Of a stretch of DNA of 64,000 nt, positions 32,301 through 40,129 are shown in pieces. Below the pieces are notes generated by a model, which saw only the letters and a program-made list of their open reading frames with translations, ran no database searches and was not told the DNA's origin. This DNA is from a virus: positions 32,001 to 96,000 of IMG/VR virus record IMGVR_UViG_3300025849_000010. One strand, 5' to 3'. Positions within the stretch are counted from its first letter, which is position 1, and the number at the start of each line of letters is the position of its first letter. Both the position numbers and the translations under genes were made by a program.

Positions 32301-34304
32301 GTCAGCAATATAGTGTCTAATGACTTGCTGAACACTATGAGACGCCGCACGTTCCCACGCACTGTGATATCCAAAGTTGCCAAGTCTATTGTAAACTTTA
32401 ATATAGCTGTCTTTTGCAATGATCGAATACTTTTTCTCATTTTTAATATAGTCATATGTGTCTGTTAGAATATTAGAGCTAAACAAAATATCACCAATAT
32501 TACTAATACTCAAATACTTAATAGGAAATCCTAAAACTGTATCTGGAGCTCCGTTGCCGGTTTGATAAGAGAACACATAGTTCCCTTTGAAGCTAGTTGA
32601 ACCATACTTTGTAGTGTCACTCAGTGATTCACCGTCAGCATCAAATAGATCAAATAACGGAAACTGGTTAGGTTCTGTTTTCTGCTGTGCTTCAGTCCAT
32701 TTTGTTCCGTCAAACCAGAACTGCTTACCTTGATTTAATTTTCCGGATTTAACTACTAATGTGTCGCCTACTACATTGTTCTGTACATCTGGAATTAATG
32801 TTATGATTCGTTCATTATTAAATCTAACAAAATTCACAGTAAACACTTTATCACGAATTAGTAAATCGTTATCAGCAGTAAAAATAACTCGCATGCCTTC
32901 AATAAGATTAATGTTATCAACGTAATATCCTGTTGTTCCTTCAATCTCCGACATAATATCTGTTGTCACTGTGTCAACTAGATCAATATCTCCAACACGG
33001 TTCCAGCCATTATTAAACAACTGAATTCCTGGAATAAATTCGATAATCGGTCTACTTGCTCTTGCTGATTGATCTAATATCGGAGTGGTGCCAGAAATTT
33101 CATAACTAGTTTCAATAACAGATTTATGTATCCATCTGTTTGCACGGCTCCAATGGTTGCCGTCGTATGCTGCGCGGTTAATTGTAATATAGTCTTTATC
33201 TTTTTCTGAGTTTTGATCAAACGGATTAACGTCGAATCCAATATCATCAAACTGCAATTCTTCTAATGCTTGGCCGGGATATAAAGTTTCTAATTCTTGT
33301 TCACTTATTAGAATAATTTCTTTACCAACACCTTCAACATACCAGTTACCTTTAGAATACTTTTCAGGAGTAACATCGCCTAAGAAGTTTACTTTCATTC
33401 CGTTACTTAACTGATGTCCAGTCTTTAGCTGGTATTCTTTTTTGCCAACTAACTCTTTATCAATATCAATTTCAGTATTTTGATCAATTGACAGTACTTG
33501 AATAAGTCCAGACGAATCTAAATCATTTGTGTTTACATAATGTAAAATATCAGGAGTGTTTTGATCAATAGTAATTGTAACTGTACCTACTTCAGTACCA
33601 TTGTTATCAATTTTTTCGTTATATTCGAATCCTGTTTTTGTCTTTTTTGTTTTAATCCAAAAAGGATTATTTTTTTGATTTACTTCAAATTTATATGTTA
33701 GACCTCTATAAAGTTTAATAGTAGGATTTCTAGTAAGTCCGTCAGGATTGAATACAAACGCATTACTGTCGCCGTCGTTAACAATCTTAACAGTGTATGT
33801 ACTTGTAACACCTTTTTCTTGGCCTGCAATACTTATAGCAACAGGGCCCTGGCTTACCCAGTAATACTCTCTATAGTTTACTAACTTGTCCCAATCAACT
33901 CGAGGATCCCAAGAATAATATTCTTGAGAATTTAGTCTGTTATGATTAGTTGTGTTAGCGCCGAAAGCACGTAATTGGTTAATATAATCATTATAGTCTT
34001 TGTAGTATACTACATTATCATTGTTGTCTTTAACAATTAATGCAGGCTCTAATTGATAATTTTGACGATCGTCAGATATATCTGGAATATAGTTATCATC
34101 GGTGGAAAACGCCTTAGATGTTTTTCTACCTAGATATCCATTTATTTTTTCAATAACACCGTCTTGAATTAACGGGTCTAATGTAGCGGACAAAAACTTT
34201 TTATTAGTAGTAGACCTAAAATATTTAGGTAACAGATCTAACGATGTTTTTCTTTGTTCGTTGTTTTCGCCTGGAAGATTAATTTCTTCTTGATCTTTTG
34301 CCAT
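20391..34304 (-). CDS. Giant (4637 aa) baseplate wedge / virion structural protein (gp7-position)
   Basis: Uninterrupted ORF directly after gp6. Contains FG-GAP-like propeller blades, small aromatic CBM-like repeats, GxGY Ig-like repeats and GDGSTxxF repeats. Confidence 0.7.
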   Translation of the reverse strand: MAKDQEEINLPGENNEQRKTSLDLLPKYFRSTTNKKFLSATLDPLIQDGVIEKINGYLGRKTSKAFSTDDNYIPDISDDRQNYQLEPALIVKDNNDNVVYYKDYNDYINQLRAFGANTTNHNRLNSQEYYSWDPRVDWDKLVNYREYYWVSQGPVAISIAGQEKGVTSTYTVKIVNDGDSNAFVFNPDGLTRNPTIKLYRGLTYKFEVNQKNNPFWIKTKKTKTGFEYNEKIDNNGTEVGTVTITIDQNTPDILHYVNTNDLDSSGLIQVLSIDQNTEIDIDKELVGKKEYQLKTGHQLSNGMKVNFLGDVTPEKYSKGNWYVEGVGKEIILISEQELETLYPGQALEELQFDDIGFDVNPFDQNSEKDKDYITINRAAYDGNHWSRANRWIHKSVIETSYEISGTTPILDQSARASRPIIEFIPGIQLFNNGWNRVGDIDLVDTVTTDIMSEIEGTTGYYVDNINLIEGMRVIFTADNDLLIRDKVFTVNFVRFNNERIITLIPDVQNNVVGDTLVVKSGKLNQGKQFWFDGTKWTEAQQKTEPNQFPLFDLFDADGESLSDTTKYGSTSFKGNYVFSYQTGNGAPDTVLGFPIKYLSISNIGDILFSSNILTDTYDYIKNEKKYSIIAKDSYIKVYNRLGNFGYHSAWERAASHSVQQVIRHYIADLNRNDFEIDVYNDAALLTDLDVKVFVNNKITNHFTLVTQNNRLYVHFANDLNENSSVIIKTHSLANKNENGYYEFPLNLQNNPNNEDPTQITLGEITDHVETIFNAAPAVEGTFPGISNIRDLGTVSAYGSRFVKHSGPINIAMYHLTNKDTNIIKSLDYAAKSYDKFQKTFLDKISTDEILGTPNIDVDTILESITAENKETDSFYNSGMVPFRAFNEIRHTVIDPTFELYGITEIFEPYKHQDKAILVYLNDTQLLLGSEYEFINDNFVKINVAKEVDDVIVIREYSTLVGNYIAPTPARLGLLPKYEPKKYLDTTLQTPQNVIQGHDGSVILAFNDYRDDLIIELERRIYNNIKIEYTNDLVDFYSFKPGANRTGEYSLKEIDNILRPLFLKWHKNLNVSYTDNVWFETGNQFTYNYKTGSYKDKQLPGFWRGIYNYWYDTDRPHLTPWEMLGFSIMPSWWEDEYGPAPYTSENLLMWRDLEVGRIKEPGNNRINNDFSRPGLLDIIPVDANGRLRDPIEANIAQNYESAEFGAEYAFGDQSPVENAWRRSSSYRFSLLCAWFLTKPAQIFGVYLDRAHTSRDVSGIIKYAGEYPTLSGLADKVSNTALASGLISYVNNWLYQTGESFVTDYSFNLKNANNQLGAKLAGYTEKSKFRLILDSRTPLNEGNVFIPEENYQIVLNTSSPVDVLSYSGVIVEKRTNGFLIKGYDQKFPYFQHRRIITSQNDSQITIGAVSESFISWDSEKTYIQGKIVEYNGIYYRCREDHFSSDTFDSDKFVKLPSLPSVGGNSYFYRSNFDTSAYYTLDYGTILPTVQAVVDFMYGYGAYLAEAGFVFDNYDNENSILQDWDTSVKEFVYWTTQNWSEGTVIALSPGAKTFTINVDYTNVDSLLNDFYDYEIYNSAGTRISINDLDVTRANNKFTLETLGDDGIYFARLHLVQTEHVLLIDNTTVFADTLYDKPAGYRQDRVKVLGYKTVLWDGGLTTPGFIFDEVTVKSWTPFTQFQIGDVVKHKEFYYSAEDKIVSGEVFNEENWKRLSGIQQSTLIPNFDYRAEQFTDFFDLDTDNFDTEQQRLAQHTIGYQKRRYLENIINDDVSQYKFYQGMILDKGTKNVLNKMFDKLGAADKESLNFYEEWAIRSGDYGAVDSFVEVEYKIDEEFVRLEPQPFELVSVIDSNTTDLVYRYTPDQAYVTYDGYNHAPFKATTKIPSFIRTAGNVDENDVDFSVKYVDDIAALNIDDFNVGSTVWVSFYNASWTVLRMQDAKINVLSAKRGSGTDIILRTNELLVAEVGDVIGVKNVSPDVDKFYKIKSINSYDVTVESDKKLDDDVTVEDSSQGILYNFVHARISDTNEINVITPIDGFSQGELVWVDGINNNWKVLEKNKVYQKNIISNTFDTTGTYGTSVAVDRYNRDFVVGDPAYSTTSIEQRDQDTDVLQKVITTSDAAVYVYARANDLTEHRLIQTIELPTSLTKTEFSPAYGVSETSPLYGGFGQVLSLSPDTKFLAVGVPNASDVPTYFTGEWNAGANYVQEDVVVYQDKFYKAIVNGLNATPPNLVSDWVELGYNEVEGKSTATSGITNQGWVSVYVRTGSGNFNLLFIMQSPEPQPGQRFGENITIKEVGKLDYRMFVSAPGHDGIGKVYVFDWNLSTGGKWQWAPTKSLPLAATGSNTVEVINASMDFGVDVELSDNGNILTVNAPFANSAIVENFKGEYINTATYAINEAVKYNGLYWKKLTTASAGTAPAAPNWEEIAVDTTGVYGKVFVYTYENDVYNLVQTISSSTLGDNDASGDVFGHSISLTEDAQTLVIGSPKYDSVDKLDTGKVFVLNNQEAVSSNAANFVIEQTIEVRSSANQEFGNKVSISDNNLVIGSRRGDQVERTPLSDNTTFDSNATHLSNIFKDTGKIDVYYRYDGKFTYEDSIVLADRDVINLGTNVLANKNHVIAGVPNYNNRNGAIIDFYRTSNVTSWNTRRQAVAPADVSKIKSAFLYNTRTNVLVKELDIIDPLQGKIAGPADQEIKYKTFWDPAVYTVGDDSVNIDEVGAWDATNVGDVWWDLTTSRFVNYHQNSALYRANNWSKLNQYGSIDVYEWVSSKYKPSVYDELSASDEGPALGITGTSKYGDTSYVIAKEYDPIAKIFTNKYMFWVKNKTTVPQKDGRAIDVASIANLIKDPSGQGYSYIAITSNNSFVLYNAKQYLNDADIAVNIRFWTTDKTDTNIHRQYQIISEGLDISIPNDLLIKKWYDSLVGFTTDGYPVPNPNLGEKQRYGILNKPRQGMFKNRIEAMKQAIEYINYVFSKNILVDDFDISPFFEKELVPTAESKLFDIEISDDLELNFIATGKLTTADISLRIENGNITDVVIDNPGRGYLQAPDITVVGQGKDAVLEATIDAFGRIDSVSIVNPGTGYIDDTYAVVRQYTVLSTNVNNTNKWGLYVYDTRNKNWQLTRIQSYDVSSYWTYRDWYSSGVTANTPIDFLIDGSYQLLNISPRPGQIVKITNVGSSGTWLLLKRNNETNESDINLNYTVVGREKATIELSSALYDFDQNVLGYDGISYEEVNYDSIPTQEARIILDAIRNNIFIDNLQVEFNNLFFNSVRYVLTEQTPVDWIFKTSFVKAKHNVGELEQRITYKNDSLTSYQDYINEVKPYRTKVREFVSSYNKTEVVSTLTTDFDLKSTNNIKVFNNDLVLDGNTSLDIYPDQSWKDNHTYGVSDIQIQNAGIGYQTAPELTISGGGGRGATAKAYIGSGGKITNVVVTNSGTGYYSRPDVIINGSVDDTGETATLIAIIDNNTIRKNDITIKFDRTLGQSEVLNLDVTETFLGTGVQTTFALKWPADLRKGLTTVKINGEELLDSEYSLGNATTKVDGLTKLFGHLEILIAAEATETLTIEYKKDISFLRAYDRINYYYNPTVGQLAKDPAALMTGVDYGGVSVTGFGFEPSGGWGTDGTSWDNVTWEGSDETFTDITLYNDATELTYTFATAPAVDDIWNVYVNGVRIDDTNWNVGTGITNTNAVMQTIAGDGETTDFTIPLQNLSSVILGDAGQEQVILRKSTSDGSFIPVGVDIDSIVNGGDLGYAQATGYNPEDITMDGDGFVTPTTSGGLEEQVPGHVSESIDMFVYSLSRSGGPQINSISYVADGSTKSFAYIADPQSKDALIIKVNNKILRPNQYQYTPNFAAYTDFLTAYESNKAIKEEQLTIVSSRIDELQVLIAPLETQLDDIAVEIINQQSLLDAIENSILFTQSQIASLESQVASLSPQSPTYESQLASLLSQISVLQGQLSGYNSQFSQETVDLAALVETESQLSIAISDYTTELSTLQPQKTLLTSEVAELDVNIQSLNDYLINPGKTIILNTVPSVNDVVTIMTFGTNGNDIILIDGFTGDGSTSEFITPLKYTKDLRVFATVNGKRVKPRLLVTDDSYQESNRLGLDFDPTPPTNADIKYTVYNDESPDYSYIQKQLETADGSTTQFDLDDTPYGASPSANFLVVFADDKMLNGGYTQVFTANGADDFQVDLSDFEYGEFSSGHTEVYVDGIIKELGVDYQIDFGSNTIAFIAGKLKLGQEIKVFIMTNAQYYVMNGKLVTPTALPSGTNLMIMSFYNTDVFDTQHKSKSVLSRRTLTPASKWYRSSVAGNAGIILLSTPVSNANYVLVAINGSLLTPHRDYTLIEGGTAVQVDIARNINSTDTFSIVIFDYDPVEKSFAFRQFTDNLNRTHYKAVNTEKSTKLTTLLNWYDSSIEVDDASVLDDPIVRQNVPGIIFVGSERIEYMKKEGNILSQLRRGTYGTATKEIYHAATEVLNQGKSLTIDYLDTELTEVFYGDGITQEYSLPYTPKLNTATVRANNGWNRNNEFDPTATSIPETYGQADDIEVFVEGKRMNKAPCTLYNPDKDQLSPLGDSGLPADFSVNGTPSVRLTVAPKVGAKIVIKRKQGVIWQNRGESLSDTENAIGKFLRAQTVSFPK

Positions 34305-34306
34305 TC

Positions 34307-37300
34307 TTAGCTATCTCCGTTAAATGCTGCTGATGTAATATTAGTTGCACCTGATGCTGCATATGTAATCTTACTACTTGCTTTTATTTTTTCTGCTGTA
34401 ATTTCGTCTATAATCTCGATAGTATCAACAGTTGCTCCGCTTTTAAATATTTCATTGTTTTCACTGTTAACTTGGAATAAGTTACCGAACACTCCTGCTG
34501 CATCCAATGGTACAATAACAACACTTACAATGTCAGGTGCAAGGTTGTATGTAATGTATGCACTTAGTTCGCTCCAATAAAATATATCGCCAAAGTCCCA
34601 GTTCTGTAAGTCAAAAAACTCATCGATAGCAACAACAATTCTAGTTTTAATATCGTTGTCGCTTACTACTGATTCTTCATTTTTAACAACCTTAATACTT
34701 GCTTGTAATGCTGATTCTGCTTTGCTGCCAAATAGCACTTTGTAATTTACCGGATGATAAACTATTTCGTCACTTATAGATTTAATGTTGTTCAACTGTT
34801 TTCCGTAATCAAACTGCATTTGATTAGAACTTGGTGGAAGCGGCTTAGTTTCACTTAAACCCTTTAACCAACGAGTAAATTCAACATCGTAATTTCTTGT
34901 TAATAAGTAGCAATCAATAATATTACTTGCACTCGGATCAATACGTTGGTTATAGTCTGCAACATGCACATAATGGAATTTAAGACCTTTGCGGCCAACA
35001 AATGCTCTATAATTATTAGTAATAGTCATACGTGCATTTATTGTATTAAGTGTTTTAAAAACATTAGTTTGTGTAAAGTAAAACAGTTGATTATTAGTAT
35101 AACTTGTAACCGTTTGCATTTCTAATTCGTTAGAAAGAATTATTATACCTTCAGCTGTTGGATCAATAAAACTCCACTCTTCAACTTTGTCGATATTACT
35201 GCGGCGTTTTTGTATAACAAATTTGTTTAACGGATTTGTTGCAGGTTTAACTAATTGTACAAATACGTCTGGATCGTCAACTACCCCATCGTCGTCGCTG
35301 TCAAAGAATGTTACTTCGATCTTTTTAGTATCAACATATCCTGTAGGTTCTTTGTATTCTGCAACTATTTCCAAGTCATGATTAATAGTAAACGGCATTG
35401 TTGCTTCTGGCAATGTATTAATGTTTAGCACACTAATTTTGTCTTTAATAACTTTACCTGTTTTACTATCGTAAACTTTATCACTACTATCAAAGAAGAA
35501 TCTAGTTTCTTCTTCGCTTTCGAATATATAACGGAGATTTCTATAGGTAACAGTGTACTTTGTTCCACTTGTTTCAAATAGTATTAACCAACTTGAATCA
35601 AGATTTTGATTGGACGAATCTCCTGCTTTACCTAAACTAAATGGATCTGCCGAATTTAAATTGTCACTTGTTATGATTTTCCAAGTAGCAGTTGTTACGT
35701 CATATCTTAAACCAAAAGTTCTATAAGCAAAAATAAGATCAATTGCTTTATTAGCAACATCAGTTATTAGGCCTTGAGATAACTTTGTAATAATCTTTTG
35801 AAGTATCGCACCAGTTGGAATCGTATCGTTAACTTGTATAGCACCCTGGCTGTTAATAATCCCAGTGCCGTTTGATGTACCATCGCCTTGTACATTAATA
35901 ATTTTTGTCCACTTGTATGTTGTTGCTCCAAACACATTTGCTGGATCACCTTGTACAAGGTCGTAATTATTATTACTATCAAAGTAGTAACCTTCAGGTG
36001 AAACAAATTTACACATTGCGCCTGGTTGGATAAATTTAAAGTTACCGCCGGTATATGCCGGACCTACCTTATACAAACTATTATCGTTAGTATTAATAAA
36101 GTATCCGGTTGACATATTTGTTTCATTAGTAACTTGTACAAACTCTGTGTTGTACGAGATCATGTCTGTTTGTGGAAAGTTTTTGTAAAAGTAGTTTCTC
36201 AATTTTTTACTTCTAATAATAGGAGTAATAGTATTGTAGATTATATCTTCAACTTCGGTTTTGTTAGTAAAGCTAAATTCTGTTTTTTCTAAAAACTCAT
36301 CTCTATAAATGATGCCATCGTTGCCGTAAATGTTAGTATTAGAATATTTTCCCGTTGCATCTTTAAGATCAAAGTATCTACTAAATCCACTTGAAACACG
36401 GTTAACTGATTTCACTTTAACAATATCTTGACTTACAGCTAGAGGAGCAATATTATAGTCTTCCCCAGTGATCATTCTGTTCTGTGTATAATAAAGTGCA
36501 GGAGCATTTACTTTGATATCTGCATTTGATTCAGACGTAGCTGCATTAGACACTGTAGTTGTAAGCTGTAGATTTAAACTTAATGTTTCAATCTTTCCTG
36601 AAGAACTAACATACGGAATGCTAATAGAAACATTTCTAATATTCTTTGGTGTAATACTGTATGCAGAGTTTTGCGAAACTCTGTAATACGCACGGAAGTT
36701 ACCTTTTGGTAAATTTCCAAATACGCCATCACTAAACACAAGATTTACTCTGTCTCCCAAACGTGTTTGCGGAAAGTAAATGTTTCTTAGGTTTTTGCTT
36801 AGTGAATTGTAAACAACATTGTTACCTTCAACTGCGTCAACTTTTGACCATAAGTTTTGCTCACTGCCATTTGAATCTAATTGATACAGCCACAAGTCAT
36901 CATGGTTGATATTTTCTACATCAAGAGCAACAACTTGGTTATTGCTAGGATTCTCTACTGCAAAGTCTGCATTTTGTAAAGAGCCTTGACGGAAGTGAAC
37001 AAAGTATCCAGTGTTTGCACTGCCTGGTCCTGAGCCGTCATCTCTATAAAGTACACTCATGTTGTTGCCTGGTAACGGATTTTCTTCTACAATCGAACCT
37101 TCTTCTAGTTTACAACTTGTAACTTCAAAGTTTAAATTTCTACCATCAACATTTTTATTAAAAGTAAAGATAGGAACTTTTCTATTGTTTGCATTTACTT
37201 TGTAAGTGCTAGTTTTAACATTACCCACTGTGCCTTGTTGAATAGGTGTACCGATTGGATTACGCTTTGTAAATCCAGCATTTAAGACTTTAGTAAACTG

Positions 37301-37762
37301 TTCGTTCCAGTCTGGATTAGAACTGTCGTTCCATTCAATAGTAACATTACTTAAATTAGTACCGTTGTTATCAAAGATGTTTTCTGTTGTTTGCACTGTT
37401 GACAACCTCAACAGACCATTTGATGCTTTATTTCTTTTAGGATTGTAAGAAAGCATTCTAGCAATTCGGAGAACTGATTCTCTACGATCTGCTAGTTCTA
37501 AAAAGTTATCTCTTGCGTTAAGGTCGATGCGGAAAGAAAGGTTTTGGCCCAAGAAAGCAATAAGGTCAATTAGTGCAAGATACTCACTCGATTCGATATA
37601 GTCATTAAAATCTTCCGCATAATTTTTACGGAGATAATTAATCATTGAACGTCTTAGATTGTCAAAGTCGTAACTTTTAAAATCTGCATTTTGGTAGCTT
37701 TGATAGATACGTTTCCAATCTTCTGCTACTAGTAATCTGTTTTGTCTGTTGGTTGTTGACAT
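34307..37762 (-). CDS. Baseplate wedge protein, T4 gp6-like
   Basis: YDFDNLR..FNDYIESSE..LIDLIA..NFLELA.RRESVLRIARMLSYNP and ESNADIK..AP..Y.TQNRMITGEDY; follows gp25. Confidence 0.85.
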   Translation of the reverse strand: MSTTNRQNRLLVAEDWKRIYQSYQNADFKSYDFDNLRRSMINYLRKNYAEDFNDYIESSEYLALIDLIAFLGQNLSFRIDLNARDNFLELADRRESVLRIARMLSYNPKRNKASNGLLRLSTVQTTENIFDNNGTNLSNVTIEWNDSSNPDWNEQFTKVLNAGFTKRNPIGTPIQQGTVGNVKTSTYKVNANNRKVPIFTFNKNVDGRNLNFEVTSCKLEEGSIVEENPLPGNNMSVLYRDDGSGPGSANTGYFVHFRQGSLQNADFAVENPSNNQVVALDVENINHDDLWLYQLDSNGSEQNLWSKVDAVEGNNVVYNSLSKNLRNIYFPQTRLGDRVNLVFSDGVFGNLPKGNFRAYYRVSQNSAYSITPKNIRNVSISIPYVSSSGKIETLSLNLQLTTTVSNAATSESNADIKVNAPALYYTQNRMITGEDYNIAPLAVSQDIVKVKSVNRVSSGFSRYFDLKDATGKYSNTNIYGNDGIIYRDEFLEKTEFSFTNKTEVEDIIYNTITPIIRSKKLRNYFYKNFPQTDMISYNTEFVQVTNETNMSTGYFINTNDNSLYKVGPAYTGGNFKFIQPGAMCKFVSPEGYYFDSNNNYDLVQGDPANVFGATTYKWTKIINVQGDGTSNGTGIINSQGAIQVNDTIPTGAILQKIITKLSQGLITDVANKAIDLIFAYRTFGLRYDVTTATWKIITSDNLNSADPFSLGKAGDSSNQNLDSSWLILFETSGTKYTVTYRNLRYIFESEEETRFFFDSSDKVYDSKTGKVIKDKISVLNINTLPEATMPFTINHDLEIVAEYKEPTGYVDTKKIEVTFFDSDDDGVVDDPDVFVQLVKPATNPLNKFVIQKRRSNIDKVEEWSFIDPTAEGIIILSNELEMQTVTSYTNNQLFYFTQTNVFKTLNTINARMTITNNYRAFVGRKGLKFHYVHVADYNQRIDPSASNIIDCYLLTRNYDVEFTRWLKGLSETKPLPPSSNQMQFDYGKQLNNIKSISDEIVYHPVNYKVLFGSKAESALQASIKVVKNEESVVSDNDIKTRIVVAIDEFFDLQNWDFGDIFYWSELSAYITYNLAPDIVSVVIVPLDAAGVFGNLFQVNSENNEIFKSGATVDTIEIIDEITAEKIKASSKITYAASGATNITSAAFNGDS

Positions 37763-37792
37763 GTGCTTCTCTTACCTTAACTTAGTATAATG

Positions 37793-37822
37793 TATTTATT
37801 TGATTGAGATATCTGCGTACTT
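37793..37822 (-). promoter_or_regulatory. Late promoter TAAATA plus AAGTACGCAGATA motif upstream of gp6
   Basis: TATTTA at 37793-37798 (+) and motif at 37810-37822. Confidence 0.55.
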
Positions 37823-38261
37823 AATCTAGTAAGCCGTTAGATTCGTCAAACTTTAACACCAGCTGTTCAGATATATTGTAAGGTAAGTATGTTAATTCAC
37901 ATTCAATTATTATGCCAGATTCGTACTCGTCTATAAAAATATTCTCAGCTTGTATTCTCGGGTCGTAATTAATAATTTCTGTTACATTAGTAGCAATTGC
38001 TTCTTTTAACTCGTCAGTGAGCGGTTCAAATAAAAGGTCCCAGATTATTGTTCCAAAGTTTGGATTTTCTAATTTTTCACCCTGACGTATATGCAAATGG
38101 TTTACTAGATCTTGCTTAATAAGTTCAAGATCGTATACTACTGCATCACTAATTGTTCTTCCGACACTAGACACTCCTCTATAAGCCCTACTAGTAATAG
38201 GAGCTTGGGGTCTCTTTGGTGTGTTTACAACAACCTCTTTATATATTCTCTGATCTGCCAT
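37821..38261 (-). CDS. Baseplate wedge/sheath initiator, gp25-like
   Basis: LIKQDLVNHL.IRQGEK..NPNFGTIIWDLLFEP...YDPRI. Confidence 0.9.
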   Translation of the reverse strand: MADQRIYKEVVVNTPKRPQAPITSRAYRGVSSVGRTISDAVVYDLELIKQDLVNHLHIRQGEKLENPNFGTIIWDLLFEPLTDELKEAIATNVTEIINYDPRIQAENIFIDEYESGIIIECELTYLPYNISEQLVLKFDESNGLLD

Positions 38262-38278
38262 AACGTATTTAGCCCTCT

Positions 38279-38590
38279 TTATTCACCGTCTGCATACACC
38301 GTGGTTTGTGTAACTTCTTTTACATATGCAGTACAATCGTAGGTGTCAGCTAGGCGTGCAACTGCTAAATTATTTGCAAATACTGTTGGACTAGCATTAT
38401 TAATAAGTGTACTGTATACCGGCGGACAGTGTGTATGAGGAGTGTTTGTATCAGTTAGTCTGTGAATAGGCTCTTCGCATACAAAAACATTGTCGCTTCC
38501 ACTTAACGTAGCAATATCAGCAGGCACAACGCAGACTGCGTGTCCTGTGTTTACTACATCTACTCCGTTTCCTCGTGCTACTAATGGCAT
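38279..38590 (-). CDS. PAAR-like spike tip protein (gp5.4-like)
   Basis: VARG, SDNVFV, HTHC, TVFANNLAVARLAD; adjacent to gp5. Confidence 0.8.
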   Translation of the reverse strand: MPLVARGNGVDVVNTGHAVCVVPADIATLSGSDNVFVCEEPIHRLTDTNTPHTHCPPVYSTLINNASPTVFANNLAVARLADTYDCTAYVKEVTQTTVYADGE

Positions 38591-38596
38591 ATTGTT

Positions 38597-40117
38597 TTAC
38601 CTCTTAAATGTATCTGATATCGTTGGGAACGCTGGTGGCTCTTCTGGGAATCTAGTTTCGTCAAGATTTGCGATTTCGCTTTCTCGAGTTGTTCCTTCAA
38701 TTTCGCTAGTTTCTTCACCTTCACCTACTGATGCTACTGTTGCATCAGGAGTTGCTGCTTCTGGATCTAGATGTTCATGACCGAACCACGGTTCGTGTAA
38801 CGGAACACGCACGGGTTTGTTTGCAGATCCTGCTTGTGCTGCTGTTGCTGCTACTGGTCCATTCATATGAATTGGATCTGCTGTTTCGTAATGTCCTGAG
38901 CTATTAATATTTGTTGTGCCGCCAGCTGTAATCATAGTGTCGCCGGCACTATAAGTGTTTACTGTACCCTGTGCTGTAAGTAATCCATTGCCTTCTGCTC
39001 TTACACTCCAGTTAGCACCTGCTTGACTCGAAATATTATTTCCTGCACTAATATTAACATCATTTCCTGCTTCAATATTAACATCTCGTCCTGCTTTAAA
39101 GTTAAAGTCATTTTCTGTATGGATGCTAACGCTGTCTTGTGCATAGATATCAATCTTACCGTTACTGGTCATTTCAATCCAACTAGTGCCTCTAGCATTG
39201 CCAATATAGATTAAGTCTTCTGAGTTGTGAAGCAATATCTGATGACCTGTTCTGGTGCGAATTCTAAATAATTCATTATGAGGAATATTAGTCTTGTTAT
39301 CTGGTGCATATTCCGGAGGGCCTTCGCCTGCAGGAGTTTTTCTAACAAGAGTTTCATCGCCGTCATCCATTACTAAACTAGATCCGCCCAGTCTAGATGT
39401 ATGACGTTGAATATTATCGTCTTTAGTTCCATACGGTCCCTTAGGTCCAGTTTTATCTAACGGTCCAGGGCTACTAAATCCAAATACCATACTAGGCATA
39501 TCTCGTCTTGCACTCGAAGTTGTTGTTCCTCTAACCCAGTCTTCTATTAATCCTTGCTCTTGTAAAAATGCAGCTTGATGCGGGTGATACGGACGCTTAG
39601 TTTTAGTAGGATCACTATTAGGTTTATTATCTTCTAGTAATGTATTAATTTCACCCGAAGGCAATCTAAACCCTGTTATGTCGCCCGGTTCATCATCTTT
39701 CCAGCGTGTGTCTGTTGCCGGTGCAACACCAGGAACTTGCATATTGATAAAGTCATCTTGAATACAACCTATCCAAAAACATTCTTTAGTTGTTCCTTCT
39801 ACAAATACAACTAACACTTCTGTACCTGGATCTGGTGGAACCATAAAAAATCCGTAACTGTTTTGAGTACTAGCATAATCTTTATTTTTCTTAAGATGAC
39901 GCTTTCCTGTTGTTCCGTAGAACGGACTTAGATATTTTGCATTATACATAGTGCTACCTTCGCCCACAGCATCGCCTGATGCTGTTTCTTTTTTCAGCTG
40001 CACTACTATAGTGCCCATATAGGTACTATCAAGCGTTTTTACAACAGTTGCTCGATATGGTCCCGGATCTTTTGGTGCTACTGATTGTGCTGCTGGTGTT
40101 CTAGACTCTTGTGGCAT
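38597..40117 (-). CDS. Baseplate central spike, gp5/VgrG-like
   Basis: OB-fold region (SYGFFMVPPDPGTEVLVVF..WIG), RTRTGHQI, and 8-residue beta-helix repeats (NFKAGRDV NIEAGNDV NISAGNNI). Confidence 0.8.
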   Translation of the reverse strand: MPQESRTPAAQSVAPKDPGPYRATVVKTLDSTYMGTIVVQLKKETASGDAVGEGSTMYNAKYLSPFYGTTGKRHLKKNKDYASTQNSYGFFMVPPDPGTEVLVVFVEGTTKECFWIGCIQDDFINMQVPGVAPATDTRWKDDEPGDITGFRLPSGEINTLLEDNKPNSDPTKTKRPYHPHQAAFLQEQGLIEDWVRGTTTSSARRDMPSMVFGFSSPGPLDKTGPKGPYGTKDDNIQRHTSRLGGSSLVMDDGDETLVRKTPAGEGPPEYAPDNKTNIPHNELFRIRTRTGHQILLHNSEDLIYIGNARGTSWIEMTSNGKIDIYAQDSVSIHTENDFNFKAGRDVNIEAGNDVNISAGNNISSQAGANWSVRAEGNGLLTAQGTVNTYSAGDTMITAGGTTNINSSGHYETADPIHMNGPVAATAAQAGSANKPVRVPLHEPWFGHEHLDPEAATPDATVASVGEGEETSEIEGTTRESEIANLDETRFPEEPPAFPTISDTFKR

Positions 40118-40129
40118 TCTGCTATTCCT

